A DNA stretch of 57,461 nucleotides from a bacterium (GTDB lineage Bacteria; Patescibacteriota; Minisyncoccia; Phycocordibacterales; Zambryskibacteraceae), in contig JAHFOF010000003.1 of assembly GCA_023266935.1 (NCBI GenBank), forward strand, positions 1 through 57,461, written 5' to 3'. Both the position numbers and the translations under genes were made by a program. The notes beneath the pieces were generated by a model. That model saw only the letters and a program-made list of their open reading frames with translations, was not told the origin of the DNA and searched no databases. Of the stretch, positions 29,602-38,803 are shown piece after piece; within the stretch, counting starts at the first letter, position 1, and each line of letters opens with the position of its first letter.

Positions 29602-30961
29602 TTTTCAGCATCTCAGGATTAGCACTCCCCTTCGACGCTTTCATACCTTGTCCAACTAAAAACTGCAACGACGCTTGTTTACCTTTTTTGAATTCTTCTA
29701 CTGCTGTTGGATTTTCAGCAATGATTTTTTTAGCCAATTCATCTAAAGTCCCTGTGTCACTCGATTGAATTAAGTTATTTTCTTCGGCAATAACTTTCGG
29801 ATCACCGTCTTTCTCCATCATGATCTTTAGAGTATCCTTTGCACCACGGCTCGAGAGCTCACCTCCATCAATCATTTTTATCAATTTGGCAAAATTTTCT
29901 GGTTTGGCTACAAGGTTTGATAAATCAGTAATGATGTAGTTGGAAGCCAGATTGGCTAATTTATTATCCCCCAGTAGAGCAATGACTGCTTCAAAAAATG
30001 CTCCCTTATTTAAATCTTGGATATAAATTTCTATATCACTATCTTTGATTTCAAATTCTTTTTTGTACCTTAAACGTTTGTTGTTTGGAAGTTCGGGCAG
30101 AGAAACTTTCAGTGTTTCAATATTAAATTCGGGTATCTCACTTATAAAGAGTTTAGGCAAATCTGGTTCTGGGAAATACCTATAATCGTGCGAATCTTCC
30201 TTGACTCTTTGGGAGAAAGTTTCTTCTTTGTTTTCATCCCAACCACGAGTCTCTTGAATTATCTTTTCGCCCCTTTCTAATAATCCTTTATGCCTCTCCA
30301 CTTCATATTTAATCGCCTTTTCCATAGCTCTAAACGAGTTGAGGTTCTTTACTTCTACTTTTGTTCCCATCTTGCCATCTAAACCTACAGAAATATTCGC
30401 TTCTACACGCATCTCTCCTTTCTCCATGTTGGCTTCGCTTGCGCCTAGATATTGGAGGATAAGTTTAAATTCCCTAGCAAATTTACCTGCTGTCTCTGCA
30501 TCGTGAATAACCGGTTCAGTCACTAATTCCATGAGAGGAACCCCCGCACGATTAAAATCTACCAAACTGTCTTCGTTTCCTTCGTGAGACGATTTGGCTG
30601 TATCTTCTTCGAGATGAACTCGAGTGAGTTCTACTCCGGCCAGACTTCCTCCAGAAACTAGAGGAAATTTATATTGACTAATCTGATAACCCTTGGGGAT
30701 ATCTGGATAAAAATAATTTTTTCTATCAAACTCAGAATAATCTGCAATCTTACCTCCGACAGCTACTCCGAGACGTAAAACATGTCGAACGGCTTCTTTG
30801 TTTATTGTTGGGAGGGTGCCAGGATAACCCATGCAAATTGGACAGATGTTTGTGTTGGGTTTGGTCTCATTGGTATCATTTTTAGAATTACAAAACATTT
30901 TCGTTTTTGTTCGAAGTTCAGCATGTATTTCTAATCCTATAGTTGGTGTGTATTCGCTCAT
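29576..30961 (-). CDS. gatB: Asp/Glu-tRNA(Asn/Gln) amidotransferase subunit B
   Basis: 461 aa. YTPTIGLEIHAELRTKTKMFC.. N terminus, with the GatB core and a YqeY-like C-terminal domain. Confidence 0.9.
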   Translation of the reverse strand: MSEYTPTIGLEIHAELRTKTKMFCNSKNDTNETKPNTNICPICMGYPGTLPTINKEAVRHVLRLGVAVGGKIADYSEFDRKNYFYPDIPKGYQISQYKFPLVSGGSLAGVELTRVHLEEDTAKSSHEGNEDSLVDFNRAGVPLMELVTEPVIHDAETAGKFAREFKLILQYLGASEANMEKGEMRVEANISVGLDGKMGTKVEVKNLNSFRAMEKAIKYEVERHKGLLERGEKIIQETRGWDENKEETFSQRVKEDSHDYRYFPEPDLPKLFISEIPEFNIETLKVSLPELPNNKRLRYKKEFEIKDSDIEIYIQDLNKGAFFEAVIALLGDNKLANLASNYIITDLSNLVAKPENFAKLIKMIDGGELSSRGAKDTLKIMMEKDGDPKVIAEENNLIQSSDTGTLDELAKKIIAENPTAVEEFKKGKQASLQFLVGQGMKASKGSANPEMLKTSLLSALS

Positions 30962-31920
30962 TTGGCTGTTTGAGTTAAATAATCTTTGAACTGTTTAACT
31001 AAAATATCATCAATGATTGATATGGGAAACACCGGTTTACCTAGAGATTTTAAAGTTTTAATTTTCTCTTCTGTTTGCTCTGGGCTGATTAAATCAACTT
31101 TAGTCAAAAGGATAATCTCTGCTTTGGATGTTATCTCTTTATTATAAAGTTCTAACTCTTTTTGAACAATCTCATAAGTGGCAATTGGATCTGTCTCTTC
31201 TGAGCTAATACAATGAATAATCCCTTTGGTTCTCTTCACATGCCGGAGAAACTTGTGACCCAACCCCTTGCCTGTTGATGCTCCTTCTATTAATCCGGGT
31301 ATATCTCCAAGTATAACTCCATATAAATCACCGAGATTTGGTTCGAGGGTGGTGAATTGATACGCTCCAACTTTCGCCTTTGCTCTAGTCAATGTATTTA
31401 ATAGGCTCGATTTACCCGCATTAGGTAATCCGACTAATCCAAAATCAACCACGAGTTCTAATTCAATTTGAAAATCAGATTCTTCTCCTTCTACTCCTAG
31501 AGTAAATTCTCGTGGACTAATATTGGTTGAAGATTTAAAATGCTCATTACCTAAACCGCCTTTCCCACCAGTGAGCAACTTTATCCTCTGGCCATCTTCC
31601 ACCAATTCGAAAACGTGTCCAGTGGTTAGGTTTGTGATTCTTGAACCAACTGGAAATTTTATTTCCTTGTCTTCTCCATCAGCTCCGTGCCAGACATTTT
31701 TCGCTCCATCTCCACCTGGACCAGCTTCAAAAAGCTTTACATCTCTGTACGCCGAAAGGATTCCTAAATCTCTGATAGCTACAGCAAAGACATCCCCACC
31801 TTTGCCCCCATTGCCTCCAGACGGTCCTCCGCGGTCTTTCATCTTCTCTTGGAGCCAGCGCTCTACCCCATCTCCCCCTTTGCCAGCTTTTAAATGTAGT
31901 TTGATTTCGTCTACGAACAT
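30958..31920 (-). CDS. obg: GTPase Obg/CgtA
   Basis: 320 aa. MFVDEIKLHLKAGKGGDG.. is a Gly-rich Obg fold, followed by G1 GLPNAGKSSL, G3 DIPGLIEGA and a TKVD G4-like motif. Confidence 0.9.
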   Translation of the reverse strand: MFVDEIKLHLKAGKGGDGVERWLQEKMKDRGGPSGGNGGKGGDVFAVAIRDLGILSAYRDVKLFEAGPGGDGAKNVWHGADGEDKEIKFPVGSRITNLTTGHVFELVEDGQRIKLLTGGKGGLGNEHFKSSTNISPREFTLGVEGEESDFQIELELVVDFGLVGLPNAGKSSLLNTLTRAKAKVGAYQFTTLEPNLGDLYGVILGDIPGLIEGASTGKGLGHKFLRHVKRTKGIIHCISSEETDPIATYEIVQKELELYNKEITSKAEIILLTKVDLISPEQTEEKIKTLKSLGKPVFPISIIDDILVKQFKDYLTQTAK

Positions 31921-31929
31921 GTGCTTACC

Positions 31930-32820
31930 TTACGCATTAAGAGACTTGTTAGCAAGTTCAATCGCTGCTTCTTTGGTCACAGCCACTACCAAATATCCAG
32001 ATTTATGAGCGAAGAATGACCCTTTCACTCCGCTCGCTTCCTCAAATTCTGTTCCTGTTTTTCCTCTCCAGCTTTCTGGAAAAGGTTTTTTGTTTTCAAA
32101 AGTATTCATATCCAAAGGAAGCGCTCGAACAGCAAACCGTACATCGTGTGGGTGAATGACATAAATCGGTTCATTATGTTTAACCAGAACTTTGCCATAA
32201 GAACTAAATCCTATGTTGAAAGACGTTAGATCAATGATTCTTTTATCTTGTGTTTCAGAATAAACTTTTTCTACTATTTTCCTTTCTTCTGCATGAACCT
32301 TGGATTTGTTTATTTCTCGAGTTAACACACCTTGAGCCAAGGCAACCATATTCATAAAAGTTGTTTGGAGTTCTGGTTCAGTATCTTTAATGGTTTTAAA
32401 AGAAGAGAAAAAGTCTCCGATAGTATATTCGTTTATATTATCGAAAACAGGAACGGAAACAGAAACGGCGTTGTCGGTCGCATCAATGGGTAAAATCAAT
32501 TTTTGTTCTATTTCATCCGCCACTTCTTTTGAACCGGCTAATTTTTCTCCGTATTCTTTCCAAACTAAACCAAACGAGGCATAAGGAATAGTATTTTCTC
32601 TGGTCAATGCTCCGCCAATCTGATGGTGATCAAAACGCATTTTGGTCGGGTCATAGATACTTCCAACATCTACTACTATATCTGCACTAGAAATAATTTG
32701 TTCATCCCTGCTTCGTATCACCTCTGAATTAGGATAAACAAAAAGAAGTACCGCCACGGCAAAGATATCGTCCGCGTGATAATTTCCACTATGAGTTACT
32801 ATCTTCATACTTTTTGGCAA
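31930..32820 (-). CDS. MYG1/UPF0160 family metal-dependent hydrolase
   Basis: 296 aa with MKIVTHSGNYHADDIFAVAVLL and ..DHHQ.. motifs. The start may be M5 (32808). It overlaps the upstream DsbB-like gene end. Confidence 0.7.
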   Translation of the reverse strand: MPKSMKIVTHSGNYHADDIFAVAVLLFVYPNSEVIRSRDEQIISSADIVVDVGSIYDPTKMRFDHHQIGGALTRENTIPYASFGLVWKEYGEKLAGSKEVADEIEQKLILPIDATDNAVSVSVPVFDNINEYTIGDFFSSFKTIKDTEPELQTTFMNMVALAQGVLTREINKSKVHAEERKIVEKVYSETQDKRIIDLTSFNIGFSSYGKVLVKHNEPIYVIHPHDVRFAVRALPLDMNTFENKKPFPESWRGKTGTEFEEASGVKGSFFAHKSGYLVVAVTKEAAIELANKSLNA

Positions 32821-33322
32821 TCAAATTTATAAAGAGCAAATAAACAGCGAGGGTTAAACTCATGAGTGGGATAGTGATGTATCCAAATTCGAGGACATAA
32901 ATCTTGGAACAAGCTCCTCCTACAGCTGTACAAGGCAAAATAGATGTGCCTCCAAGATTTGTATAAGTTTGGTATAGAGAAACGAGAAAAACTCCTAGAG
33001 TTAAAGGCAGAGAATAATTCCAAACTCCTCGATCTCTCCTTATAATCGCCACCAAAAAAAGTACTGCTTGAGGATAAATAAAAATCCTCTGCCACCAACA
33101 AAGCGTGCATGGTTCAAATCCGATGACATTCGAATAAATCAAGCTGGCAATGATGGCTACAAGAGAAGCCCCGAACCCTAGCCACAGAGAATATTGATGA
33201 ACAAATTTTATAATCTCCTTGCCCCAAGATTTTCTATAGACAAAAGCGATGATGCAAAAAACCAGAAGAAAATGGGATAGCAAAGTGGCTACAGAAAAAA
33301 AGGAATTAATGAATGAAGTCAT
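32789..33322 (-). CDS. disulfide bond formation protein B (DsbB/BdbC-like)
   Basis: 177 aa and 4 TM helices, with CTLCWWQRIFIYP (first Cys pair) and a second pair CTAVGGAC. Confidence 0.75.
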   Translation of the reverse strand: MTSFINSFFSVATLLSHFLLVFCIIAFVYRKSWGKEIIKFVHQYSLWLGFGASLVAIIASLIYSNVIGFEPCTLCWWQRIFIYPQAVLFLVAIIRRDRGVWNYSLPLTLGVFLVSLYQTYTNLGGTSILPCTAVGGACSKIYVLEFGYITIPLMSLTLAVYLLFINLIAKKYEDSNS

Positions 33323-33327
33323 ATGGA

Positions 33328-33702
33328 TTATTGAGGAAGCACACAGGATGTTTGTTTAGCCAAGTCAACGAGAGAAATCTCACCATTTAGAGTAGTACCG
33401 TCCTTGAATATCCAAGTTGGGTAACCAGTAATTTTCTTATCTTTGCAAACTTGGAGTTGACCACTTCCGTCTGGAGTTGAACATTCTACATAAGGCAGAA
33501 ATCGTTCAGATGTCCCAAACATCTTTTTTTGAGCCTGACAATGCGGGCACCAAAACGCTCCATAGAAAGTTGCCCCGCTATCTTTAATACAAGTGGCGAA
33601 TCCATCGAGTTTTGAGGCAACTACCCTTTTGGGAGTCATAATAAGCCACACCACAAACGCCATGAATAAAATAATGACAACAATCCAAATGTTCTTTTTC
33701 AT
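33328..33702 (-). CDS. membrane-anchored thioredoxin-like protein (VKOR-associated Trx-type, WCPHC)
   Basis: 124 aa with an N-terminal TM anchor. GATFYGAFWCPHCQAQKKMFG closely resembles the Trx-like domain fused to bacterial VKOR homologues. Confidence 0.7.
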   Translation of the reverse strand: MKKNIWIVVIILFMAFVVWLIMTPKRVVASKLDGFATCIKDSGATFYGAFWCPHCQAQKKMFGTSERFLPYVECSTPDGSGQLQVCKDKKITGYPTWIFKDGTTLNGEISLVDLAKQTSCVLPQ

Positions 33703-33727
33703 AACCTTATTATAGATTAATCACTGA

Positions 33728-36256
33728 TTATTTCCCAGCTGAAAGTTTTTGATGCTCCTCGGTATTCAGCATCCCACATTTTTTGTACTTCTTACCTGAA
33801 CCACATGGGCACAAATCGTTTCGACCGATTTCTGAACTAGACGAAACAACAGAGCGCGTAGTGTCTGCAACTGATTCGGCTTCTTTTTGGATTGAAGATT
33901 CTCTAATTTGAGAGATGGTTTCTGGCTGAAGAGTGATAAGAAATTCTGCCACTTGTCGAGCAATAGAGTTTTCCATATCCTTGAATAAACGCAAACCTTC
34001 TCGTTTATATTCTACAAGTGGATCTCTTTGGCCATACGCTCGAAGATTTACTGAACCACGTAGATACTCCATCGTCTCAAGGTGCCCGACCCAGAACGTA
34101 TCTATAGTCTGGAGAATCAAACCACGAAGAGGATCTATCACTTCTGAATGTTCAAGGGCGGGCTTCTTCTCGAGCAAAGCTTGGGCCTTTTCTGGTTCTA
34201 TCATCGTAGCCACCTCACTTATATATTCATCTATCTTTTCCTTGCCTCCAATTAAGATGTTTCTTCGACGAGTATAAATAATTCCTCTTTGATAATTTAA
34301 AACATCATCAAATTCCAAAACATGTTTACGAGCATCAAAATTGAATCCTTCTATTTTCTCTTGGGCTTTCTCCAGAGAACTGGTGATAAGTTTATTCTGA
34401 ATAGCTTCATCTTCGGGTATATTAAATCTTCCCATCATCGATTTGATTGTATCCGTCGCGAAGATTCTCATTAGACTATCTTCAAGGGAAACAAAGAATT
34501 GGGTCTCCCCCGGATCACCCTGCCTCCCCGAACGGCCACGAAGCTGGTTGTCGATTCTACGAGCATCGTGCCTTTCTGTACCCAGAACAAATAATCCTCC
34601 CAGAGATTTTATTTCTTCCAAACTTTCTGGTGTCCCTGGATTCCCTCCAAGTTTTATGTCCACCCCACGACCAGCCATGTTCGTGGCAATAGTTACTGCT
34701 CCTCGTTTGCCTGCTTGAGCGATGATTTCTCCTTCTCGTTCATGAACAGATGTGTTCTTGGCATTCAAAATTTCGTGTGAAATACCCTCTCCTCTCAAAT
34801 ATTCAGAAAGCATTTCGTTGTGTTCTATGGACACTGTACCAATCAAAACTGGCTGACCCTTGGCATTTAACTCTTTTACCTTTGTGGCCACAGCTTTCAT
34901 CTTTCCTTTTTGATTTTGAAAGATTAAATCATTATGATCGGCTCGCATCGCTGGTTTGTTTGTGGGGATGACAAATGTCTCAAGGCCATAAACCTTATAA
35001 AACTCTTCCTTAGAGGTAAGAGCTGTTCCTGTCATACCAGAAAGCTTTTTATACATCCTAAAATAATTCTGAAAGGTGATAGAAGCGAAGGTCCTCGACT
35101 CTTCTTTAATCTTTACTCCTTCCTTAGCTTCTATAGCCTGATGCAAACCTTCCGACCATCGACGTCCAGGCTGGAGTCGTCCTGTAAATGTATCCACGAT
35201 CATCACTTCTCCTTCTTTGATGACATAGTCAACGTCTTTTAGATATAGAGCTTTGGCTCTCACCGCAGTTTCTAAGTGATGCACATATTTCACTCCTCCA
35301 TCAGTATAAATATTTTCTATACCTAAAAGCTTTTCAGCTTTCGAGATACCATGATCGGTTAGACTAATGGCCTTCAGTTTTTCGTCCACTTTAAAATCTT
35401 CTTCCACATCAAGTTGCCTAGCAATCTTGGCAAACTTTTCGTACAAATCCCCTGCTGCTCCAGTGTTCGCAGATATAATGAGAGGAGTACGAGCTTCATC
35501 TATAAGAATAGAATCTATTTCATCTACTACTGCATAGTTGAAAGGACGTTGTGAAAGGTCTTCTTTTTTGTATAAAAGATTGTCTCGGAGGTAGTCAAAG
35601 CCGAATTCATTGTTCGTCCCGTATGTGATGTCTGCAAGGTATGCTTCTTGTTTTGAAACGGGACGAAGAAATTCATGAACTACATGAAATGAACCGAGTG
35701 TATCGCGCTCTTTATCGAGGTCTGCTCGCCCCGCCTCGGCGTGGGTATGAGCTGGATCATAAATAAAAGATTCTTGGTGATTCAAAATACCAACAGACAA
35801 ACCAAGAGTAGAATAAATTTGTCCCATCCACACCGCATCTCTTCGAGAAAGGTAATCGTTCACCGTGACCACATGCACTCCGAGCCCAGTAAGAGCATTC
35901 AAATAAACAGGGAGAGTAGCAACCAAAGTTTTCCCTTCTCCAGTTCTCATCTCAGCAATACCTCCTTGGTGTAAAGCGATTCCACCGAGAAGCTGAACAT
36001 CAAAGTGTCTTTGACCAAGTGTCCTCTTTGATGCTTCTCTCACTAAAGCAAAGGCTTCTGGCAAAATAATATCTAAGGTTTCTCCATTCTTTAATCTTTC
36101 TTTTAATTCATCTGTTTTGTTTTTTAATTCATCGGATGAAAATGATTCAAATTTTGATTCTAAATTATTTATTTGTGCGACAACAGGCGCCCAAGAACGG
36201 ACGGCTTTCTCTTCTACACCCTTAAATAAACCGCTTAAAAATGCCATAAGACTCAT
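33728..36256 (-). CDS. secA: preprotein translocase ATPase SecA
   Basis: 842 aa with DEAD-motor motifs (MRTGEGKT, VDEIDSILIDEARTPLIIS, TNMAGRGVDIKLGG) and a C-terminal Zn finger CPCGSGKKYKKCG. The true start may be the second ATG at 36247 (MAFLSGLFKG), given the promoter position. Confidence 0.95.
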   Translation of the reverse strand: MSLMAFLSGLFKGVEEKAVRSWAPVVAQINNLESKFESFSSDELKNKTDELKERLKNGETLDIILPEAFALVREASKRTLGQRHFDVQLLGGIALHQGGIAEMRTGEGKTLVATLPVYLNALTGLGVHVVTVNDYLSRRDAVWMGQIYSTLGLSVGILNHQESFIYDPAHTHAEAGRADLDKERDTLGSFHVVHEFLRPVSKQEAYLADITYGTNNEFGFDYLRDNLLYKKEDLSQRPFNYAVVDEIDSILIDEARTPLIISANTGAAGDLYEKFAKIARQLDVEEDFKVDEKLKAISLTDHGISKAEKLLGIENIYTDGGVKYVHHLETAVRAKALYLKDVDYVIKEGEVMIVDTFTGRLQPGRRWSEGLHQAIEAKEGVKIKEESRTFASITFQNYFRMYKKLSGMTGTALTSKEEFYKVYGLETFVIPTNKPAMRADHNDLIFQNQKGKMKAVATKVKELNAKGQPVLIGTVSIEHNEMLSEYLRGEGISHEILNAKNTSVHEREGEIIAQAGKRGAVTIATNMAGRGVDIKLGGNPGTPESLEEIKSLGGLFVLGTERHDARRIDNQLRGRSGRQGDPGETQFFVSLEDSLMRIFATDTIKSMMGRFNIPEDEAIQNKLITSSLEKAQEKIEGFNFDARKHVLEFDDVLNYQRGIIYTRRRNILIGGKEKIDEYISEVATMIEPEKAQALLEKKPALEHSEVIDPLRGLILQTIDTFWVGHLETMEYLRGSVNLRAYGQRDPLVEYKREGLRLFKDMENSIARQVAEFLITLQPETISQIRESSIQKEAESVADTTRSVVSSSSEIGRNDLCPCGSGKKYKKCGMLNTEEHQKLSAGK

Positions 36257-36284
36257 ATTTTACCACATTTTATGCTTTTGTCAT
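36257..36284 (-). promoter_or_regulatory. putative secA promoter
   Basis: On the minus strand: ATGACA (36284-36279), a 16-nt spacer ending in tgg, then TAAAAT (36262-36257). It abuts the first ATG. Confidence 0.45.
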
Positions 36285-36285
36285 A

Positions 36286-36318
36286 AGAAAAAGAAAAAAC
36301 GCACCTTACGATGCGTTT
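36286..36318 (-). terminator. rho-independent terminator (minus strand)
   Basis: The minus-strand RNA is ACGCAUC-GUAA-GGUGCGU (7 bp including one G-U pair) followed by UUUUUUCUUUUUC. On the plus strand the same stem has a C-A mismatch, which favours minus-strand function. Confidence 0.7.
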
Positions 36319-36335
36319 TTTCCGAGGAATCGAGA

Positions 36336-36413
36336 CTATGCTCGTTTCTTCTTCGTAGCCTTTCGCTTCTTAGCTGGCTTTCGCTTTGCTGCTTTTCGCT
36401 TTTTTGCTGCCAT
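36336..36413 (-). CDS. unannotated 25-codon Lys/Arg/Ala-rich small ORF
   Basis: ATG at 36413 to TAG at 36336 gives MAAKKRKAAKRKPAKKRKATKKKRA*. The terminator hairpin starts ~18 nt after the stop. There is only a weak SD (AAGG ~13 nt upstream). It falls below the ORF-track size cut-off. Confidence 0.4.
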   Translation of the reverse strand: MAAKKRKAAKRKPAKKRKATKKKRA

Positions 36414-36544
36414 TTTATTTTGTGCGCCTTGATCTGAGACGCAAATTATTGTTAACGTCCATCGCAGAAAAGATTTCTCTGCTAATGACTTGCATATATT
36501 ATCTAATGCTGTTCATCTGCACACAAGCATTTTTAAAATAAATA

Positions 36545-36553
36545 TGTGGATAA
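36545..36553 (-). promoter_or_regulatory. consensus DnaA-box 9-mer (TTATCCACA on the minus strand)
   Basis: An exact match read in the AT-rich intergenic region 36414-36608. Function is unproven. Confidence 0.3.
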
Positions 36554-36567
36554 CTTTTAAAAAAATT

Positions 36568-36591
36568 TAGAAATTATTTTAGAAATTATTT
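36568..36591. repeat. perfect tandem 12-mer TAGAAATTATTT x2
   Basis: Read directly, ~15 bp from the DnaA-box 9-mer. Confidence 0.9.
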
Positions 36592-36608
36592 ATGATAATC
36601 TCGTTGAA

Positions 36609-38783
36609 TTATTTTAGCGTGCCATCTTCAATTCCTTTTATGTATTGTTCGGCTTGATCAGTGCTCGATGGAATTGTTGCTTCGAGATTTCTCAACACAC
36701 CTATAGCTGAATTTTTATCACCCATTTTAATATAAGTAGCAGAGAGTCCGATATAACCTTGAGGATCTGTGGGTTTCAAATCTATTCTTCGACGAAGAAG
36801 TTGGACCAGAGCATTATAATTTTTAGTATTCATGAGAGCACTAGTTATTCGATCATCAGTCACAAGGGTTGATTCAGGAATTATCGAAGACATCTGATTT
36901 ACTACTCCGCTGTCTCCTGCATAAATAGCGCCGATGAGATAAACAATTTGTCCGGTGGTATATCCGGGTGCCAGTTCGTATGCTTGTTTAAAACTTTGCA
37001 AAGCACTCGTAGCATCTCCTTTGTTCAAATAGGCGCTTCCGAGTTCAATATAAACAGCTTGTTTACCTGGTATAAGAGTTTTCGCAATGTTTAGATGCTT
37101 GAGAGCTTCATCGGGGAATCCTGTTTTACTAAAGAATGTTCCAGCAAAAATTTGATACCTAGCATCAGTTGGGAGTTCTTCTAATTGTTTATTAATGGCT
37201 TCTTTAGAAAAAGTAAAATAATCATTTTTATCGCTAGTAGAGATATTACTGCTCAAAATTGGTTGAGCATTTGTCACAAGCCACTCAACCACTTCTGGTC
37301 TGCCAAGTCGAGAGTTGTTATAGGCTGTTTTGAAAAAACCTAAAGTTTTCTGTTGCGACTCAGTATTACCCTGAACCGCTTGCAAAGCTTTAATCAAACT
37401 TTGATTCCCTATATAAGGTTTGAGATTAACGGTATACAAAACAAAGATTAGACCGATAACCGCCACCGGAGAAACAAAAGCGATTATTTTTTTATTATCA
37501 ATAACTTTTATCACTTCGTTTTGAGTCCCTGTTCGACTATGAACATATGCCAGAATCGATATGAACAAAATATAACTAATCAGATGATCGAAAACGAAAA
37601 GATTATGAAAGAAATAAGCAGAAATAAGACCAGTGATGATAGACCGATCAAGATAGGAGAAATCTTTGTCGTGTTTCCAGATAGAAACAAGCAGTGCTAC
37701 ATAAAGAAAAAGATAGGCCAAGAGTCCAAGAATTCCTCCGGCGATGGCCCAGTCTAGGAAAATATTGTGAGCCCTATCAAACCACGGCTCGAGTCTATAC
37801 ATCGCAGGATCATAGTGTTCATTAAATACATAGTTAAAATTGTCCTGACCCCAACCCAGAATCGGCTTCTCCATCACTCCTTTAACAGCCATCGGCCAGA
37901 TAAATGAACGTCCTTCTGTTTTTATTTGGGAAGTACTGATTTCAGAAAATCTAGAAAGGACTGCGCTGTTCTTTACAAAATCTGTGTTCCTGGCAAGCAG
38001 AAATACAACAGTAAGAACAACAAACAGAGTTATCCCTATCCTAGATATTTTCTGCACACCTTTTTGTTCTGCATTACGAAAGTTGAGTATTCCTACAATA
38101 AGCAAACCGCCCAAGAGACCGAGAATGGCACCACGAGTCGCAGTGTAATAAAGGATAACGGCTTGAAGAAAAACCAAAATCCCATAAATCCACTTCATAA
38201 ATGAACCCCTGTTCTCTCTCATATATAGTATGAGAGCAAAGAAGATATGGAAAAGAAGATAAACCGCAAGGTAAGCCGCATTCCCCAATGCTCCATCCAC
38301 TCGAACTCCTCCTTGATGAATTTCAAACACTCCAGCAAGTTGCATGAAGCAATACAGAACCATGAGAAATGATGCAGCCAAGGAAGTATTCCACCAAGCC
38401 TTCCACTCTTTATCTTTAAAAACCGAAGAAATCACAATAAAGAAGGCGCCGAGGTGAAGAATAGTAATATAACCCTCCATCCTTTCATAATTTGACCAAA
38501 AACTTTTTAGCGGTGCTACCCCAAAAATATCTGCAACTCCAATAATCAACATGAACGAGAGCAAACTGTATAAAATAATAGATTTCTTCGGTCTGTATTC
38601 TGGCTCAAACAAAGCCAGGATAACCCAAGCTCCGAAAATTATTTCAACGATTGTTCTCCAAGCAAAAGCTTTTGTTGTGATAAATGGAAAGAAAAGCGAA
38701 CTATCTACGAGGAACGGCACAAATGGTATTAAAAAAAGGCCACCGAAGACCACCCACTTGAGATATTTTTTAATCATAGGCAT
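36609..38783 (-). CDS. O-antigen ligase (Wzy_C) family membrane protein with C-terminal TPR repeats
   Basis: 724 aa with 10 or more TM helices, TATRGAILGLLGG and RAHNIFLDWAIAGGILGLLAY as in Wzy_C proteins, and a TPR-like C-terminal ~270 aa. Confidence 0.7.
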   Translation of the reverse strand: MPMIKKYLKWVVFGGLFLIPFVPFLVDSSLFFPFITTKAFAWRTIVEIIFGAWVILALFEPEYRPKKSIILYSLLSFMLIIGVADIFGVAPLKSFWSNYERMEGYITILHLGAFFIVISSVFKDKEWKAWWNTSLAASFLMVLYCFMQLAGVFEIHQGGVRVDGALGNAAYLAVYLLFHIFFALILYMRENRGSFMKWIYGILVFLQAVILYYTATRGAILGLLGGLLIVGILNFRNAEQKGVQKISRIGITLFVVLTVVFLLARNTDFVKNSAVLSRFSEISTSQIKTEGRSFIWPMAVKGVMEKPILGWGQDNFNYVFNEHYDPAMYRLEPWFDRAHNIFLDWAIAGGILGLLAYLFLYVALLVSIWKHDKDFSYLDRSIITGLISAYFFHNLFVFDHLISYILFISILAYVHSRTGTQNEVIKVIDNKKIIAFVSPVAVIGLIFVLYTVNLKPYIGNQSLIKALQAVQGNTESQQKTLGFFKTAYNNSRLGRPEVVEWLVTNAQPILSSNISTSDKNDYFTFSKEAINKQLEELPTDARYQIFAGTFFSKTGFPDEALKHLNIAKTLIPGKQAVYIELGSAYLNKGDATSALQSFKQAYELAPGYTTGQIVYLIGAIYAGDSGVVNQMSSIIPESTLVTDDRITSALMNTKNYNALVQLLRRRIDLKPTDPQGYIGLSATYIKMGDKNSAIGVLRNLEATIPSSTDQAEQYIKGIEDGTLK

Positions 38784-38803
38784 TATAGTAGCACACTCAA
38801 TAT

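Noticed and set aside
31523-32008. A 161-aa plus-strand ORF rich in Pro/Ser.
   Set aside because: It is antisense to the Gly-rich N-terminal domain of obg (GGN codons read as NCC = Pro/Ser). It has no motifs, and obg explains the locus.
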